Shown in pieces: positions 26,677-34,821 of a stretch of 64,000 nt of DNA (position 1 is its first letter; each line of letters begins with the position of its first letter). The notes below the pieces were generated by a model. It did no database searches, was not told the origin of the DNA, and saw only the letters and a list, made by a program, of their open reading frames with translations. Made by a program: the position numbers and the translations under genes. The DNA is from a virus. The stretch spans positions 1 through 64,000 of the IMG/VR virus record IMGVR_UViG_3300021364_000012; one strand, given 5' to 3'.

Positions 26677-28638
26677 CTACCCTCTCAACCTTTGTCTGAG
26701 AAGATAAACATTCGTCTCATGAGCTGAAGCTAAAGACATGATGAAATCGTCCATCCCTAAAGAAAGAGTCTCTTGCTGTTGAAGGTAGTCGTAAACTCTC
26801 TTAAACACCTTCTGAAGTGCCTCTTCCACAAACAACGCTCTTAAAATAGGATGATCTTGAGATTGCATCTCTACAATAGGAAGTAAAGCATTTGCCATAA
26901 TCTGAGCTTGATCTACAGGAGCCACTGCTTCTGGACCATAAGAACCGACTATCTTTTCTGCAAGAGTGTCTATTTCTTCCACAAGTCCTGTGTAGAGTCT
27001 TTCCATAAGAAGGTGATCACCATAGTAAGGAGAGCCTTTAACTTGCCAATGTGATGTCCAATGTGCCCAATGAGCACCACGAAGACAAGCTAGAAATATC
27101 TGAAGGGCAGTTAGACTGTTCATTGGCATACTCGCTTTCTTTTTTCTCCACTTACCACCTAGTCGCTTATATTCTTTGGCGGCGTATCCATTCGCATAAG
27201 CACTAGGATAAGTCTCAAAACCTTCACCACCCTTTACAGGTTGAGAACACTCTCCATTCTTACATACCTCTTTAGAACGATCTCCTCGAACTAAGTCGAG
27301 AATGTCTTCCCAAAGGTCAGGGTCGATAGGCTCATTGTCTCCTGCGGTTCGCATAGAGAAATAATCTGAAAGACTCTCAACATATATTTCTTCGAGCATC
27401 TTCTCTTGGTTTGGTTCTTGCCAATCCACAAAAGCAAAGAAATGAGAAAGAGGCATCTCTAAGTAACCTACCTCAGAACCCATAGAAATAATATTTTGAA
27501 TTGGGTTTAAATGATACAAAACCACATCGCAACCTAAAACCTTACATGAGATGTTGAGCAACATCTGTAAATCTGAAGCTCTGCGAGTTCCTGGTCTTTT
27601 GTATCGCTTAAGTGTATTCTTGTGCTTTCTTCTCCAACTTTTAACTCTTCGCTTAATCTTAGATTTGTTTTTTCTATAGTAAGCTCTAGCTCTTCTTCTA
27701 GCCTGTTGAATAGAGCCACCTGTTTGTCTCTTTCTTTTTGCTCTCTGCCTCTGCTGTTTAGGTCTCGAACGACTACCCGGACCTTTCTTGTAAATAGCAC
27801 CTGCATCTATTTCTTCAGAGAATTTAACCTCTGAGGTTCCTTCTAAAGGAACCAAAACTTCTTTATACATCGCAGACATGACATCAAGAACAGCCTGTTT
27901 CTTCATTTCCTCAAACAACATATAACTAGCCTTTCTTTTATTTCTCATATCTTTATTCTTTTTAGCAGGCGAAGAATATCCACCACCTTCGTATCTCTTA
28001 TATCTTTCAGGAGATTGCCTTCTTCTTTTCTGATACATAAGAATACGTCTTTTATTTCTTCGGTAGTATCGTCTTCTTTGTTGTATTTGCTTACTACGAT
28101 TTGTACGCATAACTTTCTTGCGATAAAGATCGTAAATCCTTCTGACTCTGCCTTTTGTTTTGCGTTGTCTTCTTTTAGGAGGACGAATATTTATTTTTCC
28201 ACGACCTGTATAAGCACTTTCTATTTCTGAAGAAAGAACTCTTCTTTTCAGTCCTGTGGACTGAGATTGATCTATATGTGGGTTTCCGTATTCATCTCCA
28301 GGAACTCCCGAAGACCTTGGTCTTTTATGTAAGGGCTTTCCATCAGGATGGTCAGAAATAGCAAACTCACTCTTGGGCTTTTTATTCGTATTCCCTGCTG
28401 AGTCTGAAGGCACATTATGTATAGGAGGACCAGCTCTTTGCTCGTCTCTACCTTTCGGATGACCACTCGGTAAAGGTAAGACTCGATCTCTTTGAGGTTC
28501 ACCATCAGCGTAGTCTGGACGACTTGGGTCAGGACTAGAAGAGTCTTCTTGAAGACCGTCTTGACGGTTCTTCTCTACCCAAGTCTTCACCCCTGCTAAA
28601 TCTTGAAAGGGCTGACTATGTGAATAACTGCGATCCAT
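26677..28638 (-). CDS. Multidomain protein: Arg/Lys-rich segments + PSAY motif + C-terminal Dps/ferritin-like domain
   Basis: 'HWQVKG..YYGDH...ERLY...IDTLAEK' (Dps-like ferroxidase motif) at 26677-27129; two protamine-like tracts. Confidence 0.75.
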   Translation of the reverse strand: MDRSYSHSQPFQDLAGVKTWVEKNRQDGLQEDSSSPDPSRPDYADGEPQRDRVLPLPSGHPKGRDEQRAGPPIHNVPSDSAGNTNKKPKSEFAISDHPDGKPLHKRPRSSGVPGDEYGNPHIDQSQSTGLKRRVLSSEIESAYTGRGKINIRPPKRRQRKTKGRVRRIYDLYRKKVMRTNRSKQIQQRRRYYRRNKRRILMYQKRRRQSPERYKRYEGGGYSSPAKKNKDMRNKRKASYMLFEEMKKQAVLDVMSAMYKEVLVPLEGTSEVKFSEEIDAGAIYKKGPGSRSRPKQQRQRAKRKRQTGGSIQQARRRARAYYRKNKSKIKRRVKSWRRKHKNTLKRYKRPGTRRASDLQMLLNISCKVLGCDVVLYHLNPIQNIISMGSEVGYLEMPLSHFFAFVDWQEPNQEKMLEEIYVESLSDYFSMRTAGDNEPIDPDLWEDILDLVRGDRSKEVCKNGECSQPVKGGEGFETYPSAYANGYAAKEYKRLGGKWRKKKASMPMNSLTALQIFLACLRGAHWAHWTSHWQVKGSPYYGDHLLMERLYTGLVEEIDTLAEKIVGSYGPEAVAPVDQAQIMANALLPIVEMQSQDHPILRALFVEEALQKVFKRVYDYLQQQETLSLGMDDFIMSLASAHETNVYLLRQRLRG

Positions 28639-28677
28639 TTAGAACTCCTCACTCCAACACTTGAAGTAAAGAGTTTT

Positions 28678-28689
28678 ATCAATAAACTA
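28678..28689 (-). promoter_or_regulatory. Candidate late promoter TAGTTTATTGAT with an SD-sequestering hairpin (28643-28675)
   Basis: Motif variant about 40 nt upstream of the ATG; 15-bp stem. Confidence 0.55.
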
Positions 28690-28962
28690 CAACTCTAAAG
28701 TTTCAAACTCGGAGTTAGAAATATAAACGGGAGTGTGTTTCCCGACATATGACCCTAAAATATTAAAGTCAAAGTGCTCTACTGCCATAGTATAAGCATC
28801 TTCTTCAGAAATACCTTCCTCTCCTGAAAATATTTCTTTTTGTAGATGTTCTAAAATCTTATCTTTATCATAAGCTACAACATGTCCGTCTATAGAATAG
28901 CAGAGTCCTATAATCATAGAGTCAAAAACAGATCGTGGTTCTAAAAACATTAAATTTTCCAA
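28687..28962 (-). CDS. Conserved phage hypothetical protein
   Basis: 'FD..IIG...VAYD.DKIL...A.EHFDFNILGSYVG..TPV' pattern common in phages. Confidence 0.65.
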   Translation of the reverse strand: MENLMFLEPRSVFDSMIIGLCYSIDGHVVAYDKDKILEHLQKEIFSGEEGISEEDAYTMAVEHFDFNILGSYVGKHTPVYISNSEFETLEL

Positions 28963-28976
28963 GGGAAGTACTCGCT

Positions 28977-29255
28977 ATGAAAGATTATGTAAAAAAAAGA
29001 GCAGACAAAATATACAATGAAATATCTTCTGCAAAAAAACAATGGATTACCTTAATATACCCAAGCGAATCTTATAATAGCAAAAAAGGCTACGAGCTTT
29101 GGGTAGAAGACTATAAAGAAAACGTACTCATAATAAAATGCGACTTTGAAGAAACATACTTAATCCAATATGAGATGGTGGAAATAAGAATGTACTCTTT
29201 TGATACAGTCCTGAAGTTCCTAGACATCATTATACTCGAAGGGAAAATCATTTGA
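28977..29255 (+). CDS. Hypothetical protein
   Basis: ORF coupled to the next gene. Confidence 0.5.
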   Translation: MKDYVKKRADKIYNEISSAKKQWITLIYPSESYNSKKGYELWVEDYKENVLIIKCDFEETYLIQYEMVEIRMYSFDTVLKFLDIIILEGKII

Positions 29256-29473
29256 GTGATTACGAAAAAATAGACCATCCAGATCATTATCAAGGCGTAA
29301 ATATGGAAGCCATTGATGTGATAGAACAGTATAATCTTAACTTCTCATTAGGGTCGGCTCTTAAATATATTTTAAGAGCAGGAAAGAAACCTAATGAGAA
29401 AGCATCTGAAGACCTCAAGAAAGCAGTATGGTATCTCCAAAGGGAGATAAGCAGAAAAGGAGAAAGCAATTGA
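29252..29473 (+). CDS. DUF3310 (SaV-like) protein
   Basis: DHPDHY...EAIDVI...F.LG.ALKY..RAGKK...EDLKKA.WYL. Confidence 0.9.
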   Translation: MSDYEKIDHPDHYQGVNMEAIDVIEQYNLNFSLGSALKYILRAGKKPNEKASEDLKKAVWYLQREISRKGESN

Positions 29474-30489
29474 ACTACATTGCAGAATACTTATGGATTG
29501 ACGGGGGGAACCCAACATCAAGAATAAGGTCTAAGACCAAAGTTTTTGAGACAGACAAAGAATTAAGCTTAGAGGTTTTCCCTGAGTGGTCTTTTGATGG
29601 CTCTTCTACAGAACAAGCAGTAGGAAATAACTCAGACTGCGTTCTAAGACCTGTGTTCTTTTGTTTCGATCCTACAAGGAAGGGAGTCAACACTGTCATC
29701 GTCCTATGTGAAGTGTACGATGTAGATGGAAACCCACACCCTTCAAACCATCGAGCTAAGTTAAGAGAGACTCTTAACCAAAAGCCTAACCTCGACGCTT
29801 GGGTAGGTTTTGAACAAGAATACACTCTATTTCTTGGATCAAGACCTTTAGGATTTCCTTCAGAAAGAAGATTCCCTCCCGCACAAGGTCCTTATTATTG
29901 TGGCGTTGGTGCAGATGAAGTATCTGGAAGAGAACTTGTAGAAGAGCACCTCAACGCATGTATTTCTGCTGAAATACCAATCACAGGGATCAATGCTGAA
30001 GTGATGCCGGGTCAGTGGGAGTTTCAAATCGGAGGACCTGGAGTAGACCCACTTACAGGTTCAGATTGTCTATGGGTGGCTCGTTGGTTGCTCTATAGAC
30101 TTGGAGAGAAATACAATATTTCTGCGACTCTCGAACCTAAGCCCGTGACTGGAGATTGGAACGGTGCAGGTATGCACACAAATTTCTCAACAGAGTCTAC
30201 AAGAGCAGAAGGAGGTCTTTCAGTGATAGAGCAAATCATGCACACCATGAAAGAAAGAATCTCTGAACACCTTGCAGAATACGGAGAAGGTTACGAAATA
30301 CGTCTCACCGGCAAGCATGAGACTTGTCGATATGACGAGTTTAAATGGGGAGTGTCAGACAGAACTGCGTCTGTAAGAATCCCCGTGACCACATCCAAAG
30401 AAGGAAAAGGCTACTTTGAAGATAGAAGACCCAACGCCAACGCAGACCCATACAGAGTCGCTAGAGTTATCGTTGAGTCCTCTAAATAA
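29470..30489 (+). CDS. glnII: Glutamine synthetase, type II
   Basis: AEYLWIDG, RSKTK, WSFDGSST.QA, GFEQEY, QGPYYCGVG, NAEVMPGQWEFQIG, DWNGAGMHTNFST, EDRRP; TTG start. Confidence 0.92.
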   Translation: MNYIAEYLWIDGGNPTSRIRSKTKVFETDKELSLEVFPEWSFDGSSTEQAVGNNSDCVLRPVFFCFDPTRKGVNTVIVLCEVYDVDGNPHPSNHRAKLRETLNQKPNLDAWVGFEQEYTLFLGSRPLGFPSERRFPPAQGPYYCGVGADEVSGRELVEEHLNACISAEIPITGINAEVMPGQWEFQIGGPGVDPLTGSDCLWVARWLLYRLGEKYNISATLEPKPVTGDWNGAGMHTNFSTESTRAEGGLSVIEQIMHTMKERISEHLAEYGEGYEIRLTGKHETCRYDEFKWGVSDRTASVRIPVTTSKEGKGYFEDRRPNANADPYRVARVIVESSK

Positions 30490-30492
30490 GAA

Positions 30493-31458
30493 TCAAAGTT
30501 CAGCAAGAGCCTTGTCAATCGCTTTAACGACACCCTGAGACTCTACTTCTTTAATAGCATCTAAAATCTCAGAGTGGCTTGCATATCTCTCCACTGCGAT
30601 CTTTGCTCTCTTAGACCAATGTGGAGACATATCCCAATCTACACCTACAGGTAAAGAGACTACCTTAGACTCGTCTGCCCCAATCGTCACAGCACCTTGA
30701 GTCGGGCTAACGTCCCCATCAATTGCTTGTAACAACTGAGCGTCCTCTACTTGTTGTGCGTCAGGAGTAGACATACTCTCTAAGAGTCCGTCAATAGCCT
30801 CGTCTGATACCTCAACGCTATCCGAAACTTCTGCTTCTTCTGCCGAAGCAGTCTTAACGACAGGAGAAACCTCTACAGCATCTTCAACTTGTTGTACTAC
30901 AGGGAACTCTTCTCGGGCAGTCACATTGGCAGAAATACTATCGAGCTTGTTGATCTCAGAACTCGCTTGGTTCCCATCTGAGATTACAGTCTTAACCTTA
31001 GATGAAGTCTTTAGAGAAATAGCAATCTCTTCACCCTCAGAAGCAGAAGGAGCATCACTCGCAATGGTAGCTCCACTCTTATTCTCAATCTTTGCAACAG
31101 GGATAATATCATCCTCTTGTTGCTCAACCACAACCTGAAACTTCTTCTTCTCAGGGGTAGCCTCTTTCTTAATCTCAGAGACGGCTCTCTCTTCGTCATA
31201 GACTTTCTGAACCGCCATCTTCGGCTTTTCTTCCACAGGTTGCTCTTGTGGAAGAGCAGAAGAACCGTCAAAAATCTTCAACCAACCACGCTTCACACCT
31301 GCCTTCAGCTCTGGCATCTGAACAGTCTGACCAAACACCTTAACCTCAAAACCATCGAACTCCACAACATCATCTTTTGAGAGATTCTTTTCGATTTTCC
31401 CAAGATGAATAGTCGTAGTTGCGACTAATTTTACAAAGTTACCTTTTTGAAACGACAT
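30493..31458 (-). CDS. Hypothetical acidic protein (probably virion-associated)
   Basis: 321 aa; folded ends with a low-complexity middle; motif variant TGGTTCTTTTAT at 31508-31519. Confidence 0.6.
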   Translation of the reverse strand: MSFQKGNFVKLVATTTIHLGKIEKNLSKDDVVEFDGFEVKVFGQTVQMPELKAGVKRGWLKIFDGSSALPQEQPVEEKPKMAVQKVYDEERAVSEIKKEATPEKKKFQVVVEQQEDDIIPVAKIENKSGATIASDAPSASEGEEIAISLKTSSKVKTVISDGNQASSEINKLDSISANVTAREEFPVVQQVEDAVEVSPVVKTASAEEAEVSDSVEVSDEAIDGLLESMSTPDAQQVEDAQLLQAIDGDVSPTQGAVTIGADESKVVSLPVGVDWDMSPHWSKRAKIAVERYASHSEILDAIKEVESQGVVKAIDKALAEL

Positions 31459-31547
31459 ATTTCTTTACTCCTATGGAACGTGTACTAGACCATACCGATT
31501 AAAAGATATAAAAGAACCATAAATGTAATTCAAACAGGAAAGAAACT

Positions 31548-32129
31548 ATGGATTTGTCATACCAAGAAACCAAGTACCAACAATATGCAGAAAAAATAAT
31601 AAGGGAGTCCACAAAAATAAAAATACCCCCCGATAAAGATTTAGAAATAAAAGCAAGAGTAAGGGAAATAGTCAAAGAGAAAAAGAAAGAAATAGGATAT
31701 GTCCGAGACCCAAAGTCCATGATAAAAAGATGGTACACAGGGTGGGGTGGGGAATGTGCCTTAGAAATATTCTTAAACGAGAAGTTCGTGGATTTCACGA
31801 TTGGAGAATCTCTTAAGTACAACGTATGTGACTTATCTAAACTTGGACTTGAAGTAGGTGTGAAGTCGGTAGAAATAGGACACTTCCCCCTCTTAAAAAA
31901 ACCAAGCCCCTCTTCTCCCACACACAGCCCACAAATCATCTTAGTAAAAGAAGACTCAAGCACCTTCTACCTATGTGGGCTTGCCACAACCCAAACCGTA
32001 AACGACCCTAAAAACTTCAACGACAACTTGGTTAAGAGTAAAGACGTAAGAAATAAGTCAGCGTTTTTCAGGTTCGATCTTTTAACAAGGTTTAAAAACC
32101 TTGAGGAGTTGAGAAATCTACTCACATGA
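31548..32129 (+). CDS. PD-(D/E)XK nuclease-like protein
   Basis: 'G..GE.A...D...VGVKS' pattern. Confidence 0.45.
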   Translation: MDLSYQETKYQQYAEKIIRESTKIKIPPDKDLEIKARVREIVKEKKKEIGYVRDPKSMIKRWYTGWGGECALEIFLNEKFVDFTIGESLKYNVCDLSKLGLEVGVKSVEIGHFPLLKKPSPSSPTHSPQIILVKEDSSTFYLCGLATTQTVNDPKNFNDNLVKSKDVRNKSAFFRFDLLTRFKNLEELRNLLT

Positions 32130-32339
32130 GCAAATTACTTTCCCACCTTCAATTCTAACTATGAAGTTACCAGGAAATACAAACTTCTTATTGTTCTTGT
32201 CTGAAATGTGTATCTCAGAAGCCCTTATCTCCTTGGGTGCAGGCTCACGCACTTCAGAGATTTCTTCCCATTCGTTCCTTGGGTTTAAAATACTGCGTAC
32301 TATTTCATCGACATCGAACCCATCTTTACTCATATGCAC
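32118..32339 (-). CDS. Hypothetical protein
   Basis: 73 aa ORF, SD GAGG. Confidence 0.5.
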   Translation of the reverse strand: MHMSKDGFDVDEIVRSILNPRNEWEEISEVREPAPKEIRASEIHISDKNNKKFVFPGNFIVRIEGGKVICSCE

Positions 32340-32430
32340 CTCTCAAAAGTATAATTATTATTTCAAGTTAAGTGTCTGCATTTAGAGTTGTCAATCTTTT
32401 TTATAAAACCCTAGAAGCATTGTATATAAA

Positions 32431-32988
32431 CTAAAATCTCGTACCTACCCCATAGACAAATCCCACAACTAAATCTCCATCTGCATTATATGGAGAAGTA
32501 GTCGCACCCGCATATATTGAGGTGTCTTCATTAATGAAGATTTTAATACGAAAAGCACCCACAGGAAATAACTGACCTACTTTAGCCAAAGACCTACCTA
32601 TAGAGACACCTGTATCTATTCCTAAACTCTTTTTATCATCAATCTTAAGTTTAGCAATCTCATAGCTGACACCTAACATCAACGAGGGTGGGGTTTGAGT
32701 GTCTTCAAGCACCCCTTCTTCTGTTATTCTCTTGTTTGGTACGAGTGGTAAATTAACTACGCCCCACAGAGCGAAATGACTAAACACAGTACGAGAAAGA
32801 ATAAGAGTAGTTGAAGCAGTAGGAACAGGAAAAGCACCCTCTCTGTTCCAACCAAGAAACATCTGAGTTGTACCAAAGCTCACTTCCCATTTGTTTTCCT
32901 CAACTGTTTCCTCAGCTAGAGTAGTTGTGGGAAATAGAAGAATTAAGCTCAGAATCATTAGTGGCATGTATTTCATCTTTATCTCCAT
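32431..32988 (-). CDS. Putative small outer-membrane beta-barrel protein
   Basis: Signal peptide, amphipathic strands, C-terminal 'VYGVGTRF' BAM-type signal; real start may be ATG 32976. Confidence 0.6.
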   Translation of the reverse strand: MEIKMKYMPLMILSLILLFPTTTLAEETVEENKWEVSFGTTQMFLGWNREGAFPVPTASTTLILSRTVFSHFALWGVVNLPLVPNKRITEEGVLEDTQTPPSLMLGVSYEIAKLKIDDKKSLGIDTGVSIGRSLAKVGQLFPVGAFRIKIFINEDTSIYAGATTSPYNADGDLVVGFVYGVGTRF

Positions 32989-33050
32989 ATCTTATTTATC
33001 TTCGTATGCTCTAAAAAGAGAAGATAAAAGAAATACAACCCCTAGAAACG

Positions 33051-33081
33051 AAAAAACCCCGTTTCCGAAGAAACAGGGTTT
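33051..33081 (-). terminator. Rho-independent terminator after the major capsid gene
   Basis: AAACCCTGTTTC-TTCG-GAAACGGGGTTT followed by a T run; cUUCGg tetraloop; second UUCG hairpin at 33098-33115. Confidence 0.85.
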
Positions 33082-33139
33082 AATCTGAGATCAACTCAGC
33101 CCACCGAAGTAGGCTTCGTCATTCGCTATTTCTTAAAGA

Positions 33140-34015
33140 TTAGCGAGTAACGGTGAGTCGTGCAAGACCCTTCGGGTTATAGGCCCCAATACCCAAGTTC
33201 TCAAATACGCTGAAGCCAATGGTACGAGCCTTTGGATCGTCAGCAGAGAGAACGGTAAGCTCAGTACGAACAGGAATACGACCGAACATCTCAGGCTCAC
33301 AGCAGACGTAAACAGTTCCAACAGGAACAAGACGGCTAGTGATAATCTGAGCACCCCAAAGGGTAGCCTGAAGACCTGTCTTGAGAAGTGCCGCTTGGCT
33401 CTCAATGTCGAGAATGTCACGACCGAACTTACGGATGTCAGCGTAGTCACGAGCATTCATGAATACACGGGCAACACGAAGATCGTGACGCTCGATGAGG
33501 CTGTATGCGTCAGCAAGAACAGCACCATTAAGTGGAGCAATAACAGGGATGTCAGCGTTAGTCTGACCAGGAACGCTGTCAAAGCCAGAAGTCGCAACAG
33601 CATCAAGAATAGCGAATACACGCTCGTCCTCTGCCGCCTGAATCTGTGCTCTAGCGAGGTCCTGTGCTCTCTCGATGAGATCGAAGCGTCTTTCCTTAAT
33701 CTGAGTCAATGGAATCTCAGGGTTAGAAGCAATCTCAAAGAGAGGGAAGATCACACGACGTGGCTTGGTGATAGCGAGGATGTTCTCACCCTCTTCACCA
33801 ACTACAAAAGCAGTCACGTCTGGATCTTTGTCATAAATCGGCAAAGCACCATCAGGAAGTTGCTCTACGAGGAAGGTCTTACGACCAACGCTCGTATAGT
33901 CTCTTCTTAGTCTGAGAGGCTGAGTCATGCTCGCCGCTAACTTACTACGACCCTGTGGAGTCTTGATGTAGTCAGAAATAATCTTCTGCTTTACTGCGTT
34001 ATCTACTGTACTCAT
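33140..34015 (-). CDS. Major capsid protein (HK97-like fold)
   Basis: Position after protease, scaffold and decoration genes; strong terminator; 'LAASMTQPLR.RRDY..VGRK..LVE.LP.GALPIYD'. Confidence 0.85.
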   Translation of the reverse strand: MSTVDNAVKQKIISDYIKTPQGRSKLAASMTQPLRLRRDYTSVGRKTFLVEQLPDGALPIYDKDPDVTAFVVGEEGENILAITKPRRVIFPLFEIASNPEIPLTQIKERRFDLIERAQDLARAQIQAAEDERVFAILDAVATSGFDSVPGQTNADIPVIAPLNGAVLADAYSLIERHDLRVARVFMNARDYADIRKFGRDILDIESQAALLKTGLQATLWGAQIITSRLVPVGTVYVCCEPEMFGRIPVRTELTVLSADDPKARTIGFSVFENLGIGAYNPKGLARLTVTR

Positions 34016-34033
34016 ATCTCTAACTCCTTTCTA

Positions 34034-34663
34034 TCAGATGCGTTGATCGTAAACCAACTCGTCAGAGTCAGAATCGGGTACAATTTTAAGAATAGCAATC
34101 TCAGTAGTAGTTGCGATACCATGTTCAGCATCGTGACGGTCTTCTGCCACAATGCTGTTAGTGAGATAGCCGTTCACAGAAGCAACGAGTGAGTCACCGA
34201 CACGATAGTCGAGATCGTTCCCTGCTCCAGCTCCGGTGAGAACCTGAGTCTCATAGAGCTTGTTGCCGTAAGAACCCTGTGCAGAAACATAAGGTCCTCT
34301 GTTGCTTGCAACGCCAGGCTGATTCTCAAAAGCATTTCCACTAGCATTGTTAATGAAAATGCCAAGTACACGCTCACGCTCGTCTGCTTGTACACCTGAG
34401 TCAGTTGGGCCACCATGCGTATTGCCGTCTGCTGAAGAACGTGCAAATGCAACAGAACCACTTAGTACACCAAGTACGCCTGAAACGAGTGAAAGACCGC
34501 TAGACTGAGATACAGTCGATGTGGTTGTAATAATTGGGGGGTTAGTCTGAGTGAAGCTGTCAGACGTAAGTTGACCAAGGGTGTTACGAACACCGATGTG
34601 CAAAATACGAAGAGCAGAGCTACTCTCAGTAAACCCACCACTAGCTTGTCCAAGTAGAGCCAT
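34034..34663 (-). CDS. Head decoration/cement protein
   Basis: Between scaffold and capsid; Gly-rich beta pattern 'LGIFIND/N...Y.VGD.L.AS.NGYLT'. Confidence 0.6.
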   Translation of the reverse strand: MALLGQASGGFTESSSALRILHIGVRNTLGQLTSDSFTQTNPPIITTTSTVSQSSGLSLVSGVLGVLSGSVAFARSSADGNTHGGPTDSGVQADERERVLGIFINNASGNAFENQPGVASNRGPYVSAQGSYGNKLYETQVLTGAGAGNDLDYRVGDSLVASVNGYLTNSIVAEDRHDAEHGIATTTEIAILKIVPDSDSDELVYDQRI

Positions 34664-34778
34664 AGTATTTCTCCTAGAAGCTCATACTCTCTGTTTCCAA
34701 GAGAGTAGTGTGTTGGTTAAAAAGGGATGGGCTAAACCAACCCCCAAAAAAAAGAATTCAACAATATAGCAAAGAAAT

Positions 34779-34790
34779 ATAAAGGAACTA
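34779..34790 (-). promoter_or_regulatory. Candidate late promoter TAGTTCCTTTAT for the decoration-capsid operon
   Basis: Exact motif match in the longest intergenic gap of the head cluster. Confidence 0.6.
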
Positions 34791-34821
34791 TTAAGCCTCA
34801 CTTTATATTTCTCAACATTTC

